The position numbers and the translations under genes were made by a program. Source: Cyanophyceae cyanobacterium (GTDB taxonomy: Bacteria > Cyanobacteriota > Cyanobacteriia > Cyanobacteriales > Laspinemataceae). Taken from it: a DNA stretch of 64,000 bases. Of this stretch, positions 11,901 through 23,449 are shown in pieces. The notes under the pieces were generated by a model. The model made no database searches. It worked only from the letters and a program-made list of their open reading frames with translations, and had not been told where the DNA came from. Within the stretch, counting starts at the first letter, position 1; every line of letters begins with the position of its first letter. Location of the stretch: the NCBI GenBank assembly GCA_038321985.1, contig JBBQFN010000026.1, positions 1 to 64,000 on the forward strand. The letters are read 5' to 3'.

Positions 11901-12210
11901 TAGGTAAGGTGGCGAGTATTCTTAAGGTTCCAGCCTATGTAGGCGATCGCACCGTTATCTGATGCAGGGGGCTGGATTTTCGGACGGTTGGGGAGCCTCC
12001 AGCGGTGCATTAAAGCCTTGCCCTGTAACGAAGAAGGACGTAAGAGGTAAAAATCCGACTTCTAAAGCCCAATCTTATGGGGTTGGGTGCAAACTGGCCG
12101 ATCGCCGGTTCGGAAATCCCTCCCTGGAGAGGGCTAATCTCATCCCCATCCTTCAGTCCTCGCTTTATAATAAAAGAGTGAATGTAAACTTTTGTAAATT
12201 TTCTGAATCT

Positions 12211-12888
12211 ATGAGCCTCTTAAGTTTAGATGAAATAGTCGTCAAGCTCGACAGTGAAAATTCCGGCGATCGCATGGTAGCCTTAGCTTCCTTGCGGAAT
12301 GTCCCGGCTGCCGTTGCGTTCCCCTTGATCGAAAAACTCCTCAATGATGAGAACCTGCAAGTGCGATCAATGGCAGTTTTTGCCTTAGGAATTAAAGCCA
12401 CATCACAATCCTTTCCCCTTCTCGTCAAAATCCTCGAAGGCGAACCGGATTACAGCATTCGTGCCGGTGCAGCCGGTGCATTGGGATATCTTGAAGACGA
12501 ACGAGCCTTGGAACCCCTCGTGCGAGCATTCTATGAGGATACCGATTGGCTAGTCCGCTTTAGTGCTGCCGTCTCCTTGGGAAATCTCAAGGACCCCCGG
12601 GCTCGTGACGTCCTACTGAGTGCCTTGGATACAGAGGAAGTAGTCGTACAACAAGCCGCTATCTCTGCCTTGGGAGAAATTAAATGTATCGAGGCAGTTG
12701 ATCGTCTCTTAAATTTCGTTCAATCAGAGGATTGGTTGGTCCGTCAGCGACTCGCAGAAACCTTGGGACACTTGCCCAGTGAAAAAAGCATATCGGCCCT
12801 CAAATACATGGAAAAAGATAACCATCCCCAAGTCTCTGAAGCGGCTAGACTCTCTCTGAAACGATTAGCTGATCCAACTACCCTTTAA
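12211..12888 (+). CDS. HEAT-repeat protein (PBS lyase HEAT-like, NblB-like)
   Basis: Tandem HEAT repeats (VRSMAVFALG, IRAGAAGALG, WLVRFSAAVSLG); start at ATG 12211. Confidence 0.85.
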   Translation: MSLLSLDEIVVKLDSENSGDRMVALASLRNVPAAVAFPLIEKLLNDENLQVRSMAVFALGIKATSQSFPLLVKILEGEPDYSIRAGAAGALGYLEDERALEPLVRAFYEDTDWLVRFSAAVSLGNLKDPRARDVLLSALDTEEVVVQQAAISALGEIKCIEAVDRLLNFVQSEDWLVRQRLAETLGHLPSEKSISALKYMEKDNHPQVSEAARLSLKRLADPTTL

Positions 12889-12977
12889 TTCAACCAGCAA
12901 AAAGGATGAAGTCTCAATCACTACCTTTAACTTCATCCTTTGCTCTTTTAATGAGAGTTTGCCCGATCGCCCTGACC

Positions 12978-14048
12978 CTATTGCCAGACTTCCAATAGTG
13001 CCCCTACGGCTTCATCTGTCCCTCGGGAAGCCCTTTCGCCGCCTTGATTCGTCGCCACCAGTACCGCAAAATCCCCCTGGGCTGCCATCCAGACTAAGGC
13101 AAAATTCAGGGTATTACTGCCATTGTGATAAAGTACGCGCCCACCCCCCCAATCCCGTTCGGTGACTATCCATCCCAACCCATAGCTATCGGAACTCCCT
13201 GCTTGCATATATCCCCTCTCCAAAGCGGGTGTATGCAGTTTTTGTAGGGTTTCGGGTTTTAATAGTTTAGAGTTGCCCCGTTCGCCTTGCAGGTGAAGGG
13301 AAATAAATTTGCCCCAATCTTCCATAGAAGCATGAACACGACCAGCGGGTGAAACCAAGGGGGGATTATCATGGTCTGGATCCGGATCAATCGCTTCAAT
13401 CTGTCCGTTTTCTTCAAAGTGCTGCCAGGGTTGTGCGATCTGGCCCTGAGTTCCCATCGGCCCAAACCCTGCCGTTGTCATCCCCAAGGGTTGAAATAGT
13501 TTTTCAGTGATTAAATCCTCCCAGGAAGCCTTCATCACTTGTTCTGCCATGGCTGCTGCTACAACGTAGCCCATGTTGGAATAGTGGAACTCACCTAAGG
13601 GAAATGTCGGGGGTTGTTGCAGTGCCAGTTTAAGATAGTCTTGTCGCTGCTGTTGAATGGACCCGGGCAGGTGATACATTTCCATCGGAGTTTTTCCGGT
13701 AAGCCAGGGTTGGTCAGGTTCGGGAAAGCCTGCCTGATGAGATAAGAGTTGTTCTAGGGTAATGGTGCGATAAATCGGCAGCATTTCGGACTCAAATGCT
13801 TGAGCTAGGGTTGTCTGCCATTGCAATTTTCCAGCTTCGACCAATATTCCTATCAATGTGGAGGTCATGGCTTTGGTGCAGGAACCGAGATGAAACTGAT
13901 CCTCGATTTTTACAGGAATTCCGCTGCCATATTTCCGCTCACCTACGGCACCAATGGCCGTTAAGCCCTCACTCGTGATGATCGCCCCTGCTAAAGCCGG
14001 TAAGTTATAACGTACTCGAATCGGTTCTAAAACTAAATTAATATTCAT
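12978..14048 (-). CDS. Serine hydrolase, beta-lactamase class C family
   Basis: GSCTK (SxxK), YSN, HNGS motifs. Confidence 0.9.
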   Translation of the reverse strand: MNINLVLEPIRVRYNLPALAGAIITSEGLTAIGAVGERKYGSGIPVKIEDQFHLGSCTKAMTSTLIGILVEAGKLQWQTTLAQAFESEMLPIYRTITLEQLLSHQAGFPEPDQPWLTGKTPMEMYHLPGSIQQQRQDYLKLALQQPPTFPLGEFHYSNMGYVVAAAMAEQVMKASWEDLITEKLFQPLGMTTAGFGPMGTQGQIAQPWQHFEENGQIEAIDPDPDHDNPPLVSPAGRVHASMEDWGKFISLHLQGERGNSKLLKPETLQKLHTPALERGYMQAGSSDSYGLGWIVTERDWGGGRVLYHNGSNTLNFALVWMAAQGDFAVLVATNQGGERASRGTDEAVGALLEVWQ

Positions 14049-14181
14049 TACGAATGCTCGCAAAGAAATAAATATTAGAAGGGATTTGGGATTAACGGTT
14101 ATTTAGAATAATGTCCAAGATGTAGCCTGGGATTTCTGAGACTTGGACCCGGGCTGCCCCGAAGGAATTAAACATTTTTAC

Positions 14182-14364
14182 TTAGCTCGGTAAGGCGCGA
14201 TAGGTGGCAATCACGGCCACTAATAAGGCCAATGTCCAGGACCAACTCGGAATTCCTTCAATGAATAGCCATACATCCCCAAAGAGTGCGGCAAATAGCT
14301 GTAGGAAGTAAGCGATCGCGATCGTGCCCATTGCCAGGAGGATAACCGGAAATATTTCAGACAT
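14182..14364 (-). CDS. Small two-TM membrane protein
   Basis: 60-aa hydrophobic ORF starting MSEIFPVILL. Confidence 0.5.
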   Translation of the reverse strand: MSEIFPVILLAMGTIAIAYFLQLFAALFGDVWLFIEGIPSWSWTLALLVAVIATYRALPS

Positions 14365-14901
14365 AACTTGTCCTCGTCTAGTTCTCATACCCAGCAAGGC
14401 GAGCCCTAGCTGGATTTTGACTTTATGTAGATGTAACAGATTATAAAGCAAACGTTACAAAAATCAAAAAATAGGTTAAGGATTATTAAGTTGACGGGCA
14501 ATCATTCACGGCGATCGCCTTAATAAACACGCTTCGGGAGAAACCCGTGGATGAATAGCATAGACTCCGTTGATTCTCTAGGAATCAGAGTAAGTGGGGC
14601 TTTGATTGACCCCTGGGTTCTGATAACTACAGCCTAAGCCGTTGATATCCGATGGGTGATTATTTTATGACAGATTGCGATTTGGCTGTAACCGCTTATT
14701 TTGCCACCGACGAGATCGCCCTCAATTGAGTTTCTTTGCCCTGAGTTTACCCAGAAAAACTGCCGGCTTTACTCAGTAATAATACTCAGCTAAAAACGCA
14801 AAAAAATAACCCGTTCCCAAGGGACATCCCGGATAAAATGGGATGAAATTTTAAACCCAAAGGGAAGCGGGAGTGAGGGGTTGGCGTAAGTCCACCCGGT
14901 C

Positions 14902-16797
14902 CTAAGCCGGAGGAGAGGTGGCTAAATTAATTCCTTTGAGCGATTCTGACTCAGGGGTAAAACGGGCCTTTTCTACGATCGCCTGAGAAAGAGTGCTCCG
15001 GGCGATCGCCTGTAACAGAAGATTTTCGGCGGCGAGTTTTCGGTAAGCCATAAATTCAAAAATTTGTTCTTCCTGAAGTCCATACTCAATGCGCCGCTGA
15101 TAAACCCGCCAAATGGCAAGCAGGGGGACAATTTCCTCTGCTTTCAAATCTACCCACTGTCCCCCCTGTTCTGCGGCGAACTGTTGCAGATAACGATACC
15201 CTTGCCAGTGGGGGGGAATCAGTTTCTCGTAAGAGCGAACTAAACAACCGCAGGTGAGATCGAACGTTTCATATTGAACCAAGCGTTTTAAGGCAGCTTC
15301 GACTTTTTTGCTTTGGAAATCTTGGAGAATAGCAACGCCAAGGGTAGAGGGACCGGCCTTCTCACGAGTAATCACGGTAAATTGAATATATCCACGATTG
15401 TTGCGATCTCGCTGAATGCGATCGCTCACGGATTCGATCGCTACCCCGGCGATCGTCTGTCCCAAAACCCGTTGAAACCCAAAATAAAGCGCATCAGCTA
15501 CTGCGGTATTATCCAATAGACGCTCGGGACTTTGATTGAAAACTCGTTCCCGTTCAAACGCCGCTTCCACCTGTTCAAAGGGGTCTTCTTCCACGGGACA
15601 GAAATTTTCCGCGCACCATTCCAAAATCTGTTTAACCGAAAGTTGTTCCCGGGCTAAAGCTCGGAGTTGCCCCGCTTCAAAAGGATAGACTGGGTTAGGT
15701 GGGGTTAAATTGTATCGCTCATAAAAGGCTTGTAACCAGATGCGAACCAACTCAACGATGCCATCGGCGCTGATCTGATATAACTGCATCGGTTCTCCCT
15801 GTTTCGACAGGTAGCTAGAGATTCCCGGCGGCAGCGCTTGGACTTTATTGCGCCAAGTTTCCTCTGTCATGACACTTAACAGGACAATACCGCGATCGAG
15901 TGATGCCCGAGGTAGGGTATCCCACATTCGTTTAATAATGCTGGCAACGACCCGTTCTCGTTTTAAGCCGGTATCGCTTTTATCCTCAGCTTCCAACTGG
16001 TCAAAACAGATGGTCAGAGGGTAATAGAAACTAATAATGCTAAAGGTTTGCAGGAGAATTTCCCAGGCATCGGCATCGCGGGCGTCCCGAGAGCGATTGG
16101 GTAAACCGAGTTCGGTGGCTTTAGAAGAGGCGATCGCGGCACCGGACAACCATTTAATACTGTAGGGGGCTTGAGTGCTACACAAGGTCCAAATAATCGC
16201 CCGGACTAGATCGGGATCGGGGATATCGGGTTTAATTTTGGAGAACCCTTCGGTGAGTTGATTAACCCAAGTTTGATTTTTAGTGAGGGTATGGTTGTTA
16301 AGTTTAGCAATCAGTTCCGGGGGAGAAAAAGTGCGAGCGTTGGGGTCGATCGCATGAATGGCGTGATTGGCGATCGCTGCGGCGAGGGATTGCCACTGCA
16401 TCACTTCACCTTGACCCGTAGAGCGTAAACTATCAACAACACGCTGATGAAATTGATAGCGCAGTAGGTTTAAGTCCGTCAATTGACCGGCATTCAGGTA
16501 AATAAACAGGGCGCTATCTTCTTGTTGGATCTGGTGACGAAGGGTGGCGATCAGATGACTTTTGCCCATCCCCGAATTCCCAGTTACCGTAATCGCACTC
16601 AGGGCAGAAGAACCCTGGCGCGATCGCTCAAGGGCCTGGAAGACTACCTGACGAATGCGATCGTTCAAACTATTGAGATTGGGGATCTCATCGCGCCAAA
16701 TTTCGCGATCGCTGACCGATGCCGGGTAAGGGAACGGGTTGTGAGCGGCGATCGCCGTATTCAGGTCTTTGATCGAAGAAATAGAACAACTAGCCAT
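14902..16797 (-). CDS. P-loop NTPase (AAA-like) of unknown function
   Basis: Walker A GNSGMGKS, Walker B ICFDQLE, YPF motif. Confidence 0.8.
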   Translation of the reverse strand: MASCSISSIKDLNTAIAAHNPFPYPASVSDREIWRDEIPNLNSLNDRIRQVVFQALERSRQGSSALSAITVTGNSGMGKSHLIATLRHQIQQEDSALFIYLNAGQLTDLNLLRYQFHQRVVDSLRSTGQGEVMQWQSLAAAIANHAIHAIDPNARTFSPPELIAKLNNHTLTKNQTWVNQLTEGFSKIKPDIPDPDLVRAIIWTLCSTQAPYSIKWLSGAAIASSKATELGLPNRSRDARDADAWEILLQTFSIISFYYPLTICFDQLEAEDKSDTGLKRERVVASIIKRMWDTLPRASLDRGIVLLSVMTEETWRNKVQALPPGISSYLSKQGEPMQLYQISADGIVELVRIWLQAFYERYNLTPPNPVYPFEAGQLRALAREQLSVKQILEWCAENFCPVEEDPFEQVEAAFERERVFNQSPERLLDNTAVADALYFGFQRVLGQTIAGVAIESVSDRIQRDRNNRGYIQFTVITREKAGPSTLGVAILQDFQSKKVEAALKRLVQYETFDLTCGCLVRSYEKLIPPHWQGYRYLQQFAAEQGGQWVDLKAEEIVPLLAIWRVYQRRIEYGLQEEQIFEFMAYRKLAAENLLLQAIARSTLSQAIVEKARFTPESESLKGINLATSPPA

Positions 16798-16953
16798 AGC
16801 AAGACGTATAAAGGAGTAAACCGAATCGAGCTTCGGCTCTTACTTACAGTGTGCCGCGAAACTCATTTAACCTTGCACTATACCCATCCGTTCTCTAGTC
16901 ACACCGCTAGATTCCGAAGGCGATCGCCCTGCTGTGTCTGGATCTCCTTCCAG

Positions 16954-17937
16954 TTAAACTGAGGTGCCGCCCGACAAAATTTTGTGGGCCTGCTGGAGAT
17001 GCTGGGAAACCGATGTAGCAGAGGCATGGAAGGCCGCCCGTTCTGCTTGATCGAGTTCGAGTTCTAACACCTTTTCAACCCCTCGGCACCCTAACTGGCA
17101 GGGAACCCCGATAAACAGATCCCGTAACCCATATTCACCCTGAAGATAAGCAGCAGCCGGAACGATTCGCGACTGGTTCAGTAAAATCGCTTCAATCATC
17201 AGACTCACAGAAGAGGCCGGAGCAAAATAAGCGCTCCCGGTTTTCATCAATTCTACGATTTCTGTGCCACCGTTGCGGGTTCGTTCCACAATTCCCTGGA
17301 TGGTTTTAGCATCCATCAGTTCTTTCAGGGGAATCCCCTCAACTGTGGTGTAGCGCGGCAGGGGGACCATTAATGTTCCGTGATCACCCAAAACCATTGC
17401 CTTGATATCCTGGATTGAAACTCCCAGTTCCATGGAAATAAAGGTTTTAAAGCGAGCCGCATCCAAAACCCCGGCCATTCCAATCACCCGACGGCAAGGG
17501 AGTTGAGTCGCTTCCCAGGCCACGTAGGTCATCACATCCAGGGGATTGGTTACGACTATTAAGATAGCTTCCGGCGATCGGGCGATCGCCTCGGTTGCCG
17601 CTGTTTTGACAATCTTGGCATTAATCTCAATTAAGTCATCTCGATTCATTCCCGGTGTCCGGGGACGACCGGCGGTGATCACCACAATATCGGAGTTAGC
17701 CGTATCATCATAGTCATTCGTTCCCTGGATCTGTCGGTCATGACCCTCCACCCCTCTTGCTTCCATCAAGTCTAGGGCAATCCCTTGGGGCATCCCTTCC
17801 AGGACATCCAGCATTACCACATCGGCTAAATTTTTTTCGGCGATCCGCTGGGCGAGGGTACTGCCTACTTTACCCGCACCAATGATGGAAACGCGAGCCT
17901 TCTGACAAGAGGGAGGAGAAAAGGGGGAGGAGGACAT
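16954..17937 (-). CDS. mdh: Malate dehydrogenase (LDH-like)
   Basis: GAGKVG, TAGRPRTPGMNRDDL substrate loop, NPLD, GDHG. Confidence 0.93.
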   Translation of the reverse strand: MSSSPFSPPSCQKARVSIIGAGKVGSTLAQRIAEKNLADVVMLDVLEGMPQGIALDLMEARGVEGHDRQIQGTNDYDDTANSDIVVITAGRPRTPGMNRDDLIEINAKIVKTAATEAIARSPEAILIVVTNPLDVMTYVAWEATQLPCRRVIGMAGVLDAARFKTFISMELGVSIQDIKAMVLGDHGTLMVPLPRYTTVEGIPLKELMDAKTIQGIVERTRNGGTEIVELMKTGSAYFAPASSVSLMIEAILLNQSRIVPAAAYLQGEYGLRDLFIGVPCQLGCRGVEKVLELELDQAERAAFHASATSVSQHLQQAHKILSGGTSV

Positions 17938-17967
17938 GATTAATAAAACACTGGAACAGTTTAGGGT

Positions 17968-18183
17968 TTACTGGAATTCTTCGAGTTGGTCGATTCGCAG
18001 CCAGATATTGGGGGTGGGAACGAAGCCGAATTTGACCAGGGCATAGTCCCCATTGGTGTCTACGATTTCCCCTTTGGTTTCAAAGATATAGGAGGGGAAG
18101 CGCGAATCACTAGCAGTTGCTTCTAAACTATTCTCTAACGTTTCCCGGACTGCGCGAACTATACTACCTTTTTTAACTGCCAT
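17968..18183 (-). CDS. ndhO: NDH-1 subunit O
   Basis: [43 protein letters not shown]. Confidence 0.93.
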   Translation of the reverse strand: MAVKKGSIVRAVRETLENSLEATASDSRFPSYIFETKGEIVDTNGDYALVKFGFVPTPNIWLRIDQLEEFQ

Positions 18184-18311
18184 AAGTTGCTGTGCACTGT
18201 TTAGAACGGTTTCTCTTCCAAATTTTAATCCTTTACGGGGAGTCGGTGAGAGGGGGGATTTTCAACGTCCCGACTTAACCCGCCGACTGGCTGTGGTTTT
18301 CCCTATTTCCC

Positions 18312-19217
18312 CTAATTCTGACACTGGGGGCAAAAGTGGGTAGAACGTCCGGTGAGTTTGAGGCGCTGGATGGGGGTATCACAGACGCGACAGGGTTGGG
18401 CTGAGCGGTTGTAGACCCAAGCAATGCCACCATAGTTACCATTAATGCCGCTAACGTTGAGAAAATTGCTGAAGGTGGTCCCTCCAGCGGCGATCGCAGC
18501 TTGCAACACTTGAATGATGTGGGTGTGGAGTCGCTCAATTTCTGCTGTACTCAGGTGAGTGCAAAGCTTTGTGGGTAGGATGCCACTTAGGAATAGGCTT
18601 TCATCGGCGTAAATATTGCCCACCCCGGCTACAATTGCTTGGTCTAGAAGGGCGGTTTTGATGGGTTTTTGACGTCTTTGGAGTTGACGAGTCAGGTATT
18701 CTACGGAAAATGCTGCGGAAAAGGGTTCCGGGCCTAAATTTGCCAATCCGGTGATGATCGAAGGGATGGGGAGGTTAGGGGGGACCCACCACATTTGACC
18801 GAAGGTGCGTTGATCCACAAACCGCAATTCGCGATCGCCTTTGAAGAATAGGCGAACTCGGGTATGTTTATGCAGCGGTTCCTCCTGGTGGACCCACAAT
18901 AGTTGCCCTGTCATCCGCAGATGGACGCCTAAACTGCCTCTAGGGTTGGAGGCTGGCGGGGTAGAGTCTGAAAAATCAGGGCTGTCTCCCTGGGGAGAAT
19001 CTGGATCGGTGGGGTTGCAAAGTTGGGCGAGGAGATATTTTCCTCGGCGCTGCCACGAGGCGATCGCACAGCCCTGGACCCCCGCCAAAAAATCTGTAGG
19101 TGAAACTGGGTGGGCGATGGTTCGCCTCAGCAAAACATCCCCACCCAGGATACTCGTACCGAGGGTTAATTGATTTAGCCCTCGACACACTGTTTCAACT
19201 TCTGGGAGTTCCGGCAC
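18312..19217 (-). CDS. mutM: Formamidopyrimidine-DNA glycosylase
   Basis: MPELPEVE, RRGKY, HLRMTG, GNIYADE, C-terminal Zn finger. Confidence 0.97.
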   Translation of the reverse strand: MPELPEVETVCRGLNQLTLGTSILGGDVLLRRTIAHPVSPTDFLAGVQGCAIASWQRRGKYLLAQLCNPTDPDSPQGDSPDFSDSTPPASNPRGSLGVHLRMTGQLLWVHQEEPLHKHTRVRLFFKGDRELRFVDQRTFGQMWWVPPNLPIPSIITGLANLGPEPFSAAFSVEYLTRQLQRRQKPIKTALLDQAIVAGVGNIYADESLFLSGILPTKLCTHLSTAEIERLHTHIIQVLQAAIAAGGTTFSNFLNVSGINGNYGGIAWVYNRSAQPCRVCDTPIQRLKLTGRSTHFCPQCQN

Positions 19218-19220
19218 CAG

Positions 19221-19580
19221 TTAGCGTGATTCGGTTCCCTGGTTGGGATCGCCCTGTACGGTACCGCTGCTACCAGCTTCAGGTTTGGCGGTCGTTTTGC
19301 TGCCTTTACCAGCAGCGTCGGTACCCGTTTTGCGATCGGCCGCCTTGGTTGTGGTACCACCTTTGCCAAGGGCGGATTTTCCAGCTTTGGGCCCTGAGAC
19401 TTCTTGGACTTCGTTCATCGCGAAGTTGTTGGTGTTGACTCCGGCATAGTTCACTTTGTCAAAGCGAACGATTACGGGATAGATGATCCCGCTTTGGTCT
19501 ACAGTGGCAACGGTGCCAACTTCTTGAAACCAGTACGACTCTTTCCGCAGAATGCGAACTTGAGAACCACGTTGAACCAT
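19221..19580 (-). CDS. psaE: Photosystem I subunit IV with C-terminal extension
   Basis: [35 protein letters not shown]; adjacent to mutM. Confidence 0.95.
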   Translation of the reverse strand: MVQRGSQVRILRKESYWFQEVGTVATVDQSGIIYPVIVRFDKVNYAGVNTNNFAMNEVQEVSGPKAGKSALGKGGTTTKAADRKTGTDAAGKGSKTTAKPEAGSSGTVQGDPNQGTESR

Positions 19581-19690
19581 CTGTTTTTTTTCCTTGTGAT
19601 GAATTGAACTAAAAGTTTAAGGGGAATTGCTTTTCAGCGTACTACTCCAATGGGATACTCTGGAATGATTGAATCTTTAAGTTTTATTAA

Positions 19691-20323
19691 CTACTCGATC
19701 CAACGGACCCCCACAAAATGCGCGGAACGTCCCCACATATCCTGAGTGGGTGTGACATCTTCGATGGCAAGATTAAAGGGAATGGCGGTGGTGACGTAGC
19801 GTTGAGCCAGAATACCGAGGTCCGGGGTCACCTGGGAGGCAGCCGTTGCGGCTACCCCTAAACCGAGGAGTTGGGAGATAGGGTCGCGGGGTAGGACCAT
19901 CGTAATCCCAAAAGCTAGACCCGCAGTGATTAGCATTCCCACGGAAAGATTGGTGCCACAACGGGGATGAACGGCGAGGTGCCATTCCCCCCGGGTGAGG
20001 CGATCATGGGCAATATGAACCGCGCGGCGCAGTTCCAAGGGGTTGACACTGCCATAGAGATAAAATCCGCGATCGGTGGACATTCCACCCAATCCATCAT
20101 TATCGGGCGATCGCCTCTGTTGGCTGTTGCTGTCTGCATCAGAACCGGAGGTTTCGCTTAATACCCACACTGTGGCGTGCTCCAAGGCATGAACCTGACG
20201 TACTGCTAAGGTTTCTTTAACCCCGGGGATAAATTGTAGTTGCTGGAGGAGTTCCGCATCCCCAGTGGGATGAGGGGCAAAATCAAAGGGAAACGGACTC
20301 GTCTGAGAAGAGGAAGCAGTCAT
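19691..20323 (-). CDS. Conserved hypothetical protein (DUF6391-like)
   Basis: RQVHALEHAT, LAVHPRCGTN, two TM segments. Confidence 0.7.
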   Translation of the reverse strand: MTASSSQTSPFPFDFAPHPTGDAELLQQLQFIPGVKETLAVRQVHALEHATVWVLSETSGSDADSNSQQRRSPDNDGLGGMSTDRGFYLYGSVNPLELRRAVHIAHDRLTRGEWHLAVHPRCGTNLSVGMLITAGLAFGITMVLPRDPISQLLGLGVAATAASQVTPDLGILAQRYVTTAIPFNLAIEDVTPTQDMWGRSAHFVGVRWIE

Positions 20324-20719
20324 GAGGGTAGTCTCCAAGTGGGTAGGGTCAGTTCAGGATAAAAGTATTTAGGCTGATGGGTATTAATTTAACGAATTTA
20401 CCCCTCAACTGCCCATCCCGAGGGCGATCGCTGTGCCAGTGACTCGGGTTTGTATAACTGATGTCTGGGTTAACAATAACAAAAAGCATAAGTTGTTCAG
20501 GGTCTACGTTAAGAAAAGATATCAATCAACCGGCTTGTATTGTATAGGGATTCTAAATAAATTTAACAATTTCTCAATGGAGTGGGAGCATCTTGCTGCA
20601 CTAGGAAGCAAGATTCCCACTCCGTCAATTTGATGGTCAGAATGATTTAGAGGTGCTATATTTCCTTGACGGGTGTCTACCTAAATGGTCAGAAGGATTA
20701 AGAGGCGCTCTATTTTTCC

Positions 20720-21718
20720 CTATAAATCTAAAGTTGCGATCGCCTCTTTTAACACCCTTGCGGACCCTTGTAACAGCTTTTCTTCCTCCGCTGTCAAAGA
20801 CAGATTTAACACCCGCGTCACTCCCTGCCGATTGACCACTGCCGGCAAACTTAGACAGACATCATGGATGCCATTTATCCCCGGAATTAAAGAACTCACC
20901 GTTAATACTCGGTTTTGATTTCTTAATATGGCTTTGACAATATCTGTTACTCCCAATCCAATTGCATAAGAAGTTGCTCCTTTGCGTTTAATCACCTCAT
21001 AAGCGGCATTTTTGACCTCTTCAAAAATTTCTTTTAATCGGTCCGTATCCGACCCTGAACACTGCTCTATTCCCCCATTACACAAACTCATCCCGGAAAT
21101 ATTGGCCTTACTCCACACGGGAACTTCACTATCTCCATGTTCCCCGATAATATAAGCGTGCAAACTTCTGGGATCTAGCTGCAATTGATTGGCTAACAAA
21201 TAGCGAAACCGAGCTGTATCTAAGACCGTTCCCGAACCCAAGACTCGGTTACAGGGAAATCCAGATAACTTCAGGGTGACATAGGTCATAATATCCACCG
21301 GATTTGTCACCAAGAGGAGAATCGCATGAGGACAATATTGGACAATTTCTGGAACCAACTCTTTGAAAATCTGCACGTTGCGGGTAATCAAGTCTAAGCG
21401 AGTTTCCCCGGGGTTTTGTTTTGCACCCGCCGTAATAATCACAATATCCGGATCATCACTATCTGCTAAAGTTCCCGCCCGAATCACGGTGGGAGCGATG
21501 AAGGGTAATCCGTGGAGTAAATCCATGACTTCCCCTTGGAGTTTTTCTTGATTGACGTCCACCAAAAGCATCTCATCTAGGGTATTTTGAATTAACATAG
21601 AATAAGCACAAGCCATGCCAACCTGACCCGCACCAATAATCACCCCTTTGAGAGGACGACGATTGTTTTGTAAAGCGAGATCGCGATCAGTAAATTCTGT
21701 AAATAACTCTTCAAACAT
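20720..21718 (-). CDS. ldh: L-lactate dehydrogenase
   Basis: [21 protein letters not shown] (Gln loop), GEHGDS. Confidence 0.93.
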   Translation of the reverse strand: MFEELFTEFTDRDLALQNNRRPLKGVIIGAGQVGMACAYSMLIQNTLDEMLLVDVNQEKLQGEVMDLLHGLPFIAPTVIRAGTLADSDDPDIVIITAGAKQNPGETRLDLITRNVQIFKELVPEIVQYCPHAILLLVTNPVDIMTYVTLKLSGFPCNRVLGSGTVLDTARFRYLLANQLQLDPRSLHAYIIGEHGDSEVPVWSKANISGMSLCNGGIEQCSGSDTDRLKEIFEEVKNAAYEVIKRKGATSYAIGLGVTDIVKAILRNQNRVLTVSSLIPGINGIHDVCLSLPAVVNRQGVTRVLNLSLTAEEEKLLQGSARVLKEAIATLDL

Positions 21719-21750
21719 CGAATATTCCCAAGGATTGTATTGACATTTCC

Positions 21751-21976
21751 TAGGATAAAGGGTAAGCGCAAATTTTGCACAGTTCTTTAGATAGAGTTAA
21801 AGATTGGCTCAAAGCCCTGAGTAATTTTAATAGCAACTACCCGGTAATATGCGCGGTTTGTTTTAGGATAAAGGGTAACCGCAAATTTTGCACAGTTCTT
21901 TAGATAGAGTTAAAGATTGGCTCAAAGCCCTGAGTAATTTTAATAGCAACTACCCGGTAATATGCGCGGTTTGTTT
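21751..21976. repeat. 113-bp tandem duplication (2 copies, 1 mismatch)
   Basis: 21751-21863 vs 21864-21976; only difference seen is GGTAAGCGC vs GGTAACCGC. Confidence 0.95.
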
Positions 21977-22221
21977 AAGGTTATGGACCTGAAAATTTGC
22001 CCCGTTTCGCCGGGACAATCCACGGACAGGATACGGACGACGTAACCGCCGATCGCCTGCTGGAATCTTTCCCTCTATTTTATCTAAAATCCCCAATTTT
22101 ATCGGGTTGAGGAATAAATTACTTGAAATAAGGAATATCAGCAACTCTACCCAGTCCCCGAGTCCCTTTTTCCCGGGGAATGGGAGGTTCACAACCAAAG
22201 CGCGATCGCCCTTCAATCACT

Positions 22222-23175
22222 ATGCATCCAGATAAAACACTCAATCAGTCCCAAAAACTTTCTCATCCCTTGACTCGCCGTAATTTTTTGAAATTAGGCG
22301 GTTTATCCGCAGTCGGATTTTTAGGGGCTTTATCCGGTCCCCATTTGTGGGGAGGAAGGGCAAAAGCACAGGCTCAGCAAAAACCTTTCCTTTCTACGTT
22401 TAAATTTACCACAGTTACGGTGAATGAAACGGGAGAAATCATTCAGAAAGTTTGCAAAGAAACCCAATATTTTCAGGAAACTCTCATCAAGGGTATCGGT
22501 GTCGATTTAGTTCAGATTCCTGGGGGTACTTTTTTGATGGGTTCCCCCGAAACGGAGTTAGAACGATATGAGAGTGAAGGTCCTCAATATCGAGTAAATG
22601 TACCGGGGTTTTATTTAAGTCAATCTCCCATTACTCAGGCACAGTGGCAAGCGGTGATGGGAAATAATTCCTCAACTTGGCAACAAGAAGACTTGCCGGT
22701 AGAAAATGTCTCCTGGCATGATGCCGTAGAATTTTGTAACCGATTAGCCCAAAAAACAGGACGGGGGTATCGTCTGCCGTCAGAGGCAGAATGGGAATAT
22801 GCCTGTCGCGCTAATACTATAACTCCGTTTTATTTTGGCCACAAAATGACGGCAGATTTAGGGAATTATGATGAAAACTTGACGGGAATTAAGGCTCATA
22901 AAACAACCCCGGTAGGAAGTTTTCCGGCAAATGGGTTTGGGTTGGCAGATATGCACGGAAATGTCTGGGAGTGGTGCCAAGATTTGTGGCATGATAATTA
23001 TGCGGGTGCGCCGACGGATGGGACTGCCTGGGAAGTGGGCGGAAATCCCGGATTTCGGATGTTGCGGGGAGGTTCTTGGCATGATTTAGCTTGGTATTCT
23101 CGGGCGGCGCAACGGTTTGGCAAGGAACCGGATTCTCGGGAGGCGATCGCCGGTTTTCGGATAGCGCTTTCTTGA
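22222..23175 (+). CDS. Tat-exported formylglycine-generating-enzyme (FGE/SUMF1) family protein
   Basis: TRRNFLK Tat motif; FLMGS, YRLPSEAEWEYACRA, DMHGNVWEW, RGGSW, GFR. Confidence 0.92.
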   Translation: MHPDKTLNQSQKLSHPLTRRNFLKLGGLSAVGFLGALSGPHLWGGRAKAQAQQKPFLSTFKFTTVTVNETGEIIQKVCKETQYFQETLIKGIGVDLVQIPGGTFLMGSPETELERYESEGPQYRVNVPGFYLSQSPITQAQWQAVMGNNSSTWQQEDLPVENVSWHDAVEFCNRLAQKTGRGYRLPSEAEWEYACRANTITPFYFGHKMTADLGNYDENLTGIKAHKTTPVGSFPANGFGLADMHGNVWEWCQDLWHDNYAGAPTDGTAWEVGGNPGFRMLRGGSWHDLAWYSRAAQRFGKEPDSREAIAGFRIALS

Positions 23176-23449
23176 AGTTTTGAAGGGTGTGTCAGATAGA
23201 TGCGCTATTATTTTTCACAAGGCATTGATTGTCTGATACACCCAACCTAATCGCGTCTTAAACGCCCTTAAATTTTAGGGGAAGCTGGAGTTATTCCTCC
23301 TCCATTAAATTACACCTTGTGAAGCAAAAGTTGGCAAAAATTAATTTAAAATTTAAGGCAGTCGCGTAGCTGATTTGGGGGCGAGATTGGGAATATTTCG
23401 CCTAGACGCACTTGGGGGCAGTCGCTATGATAAACTATTAAACTAACAT

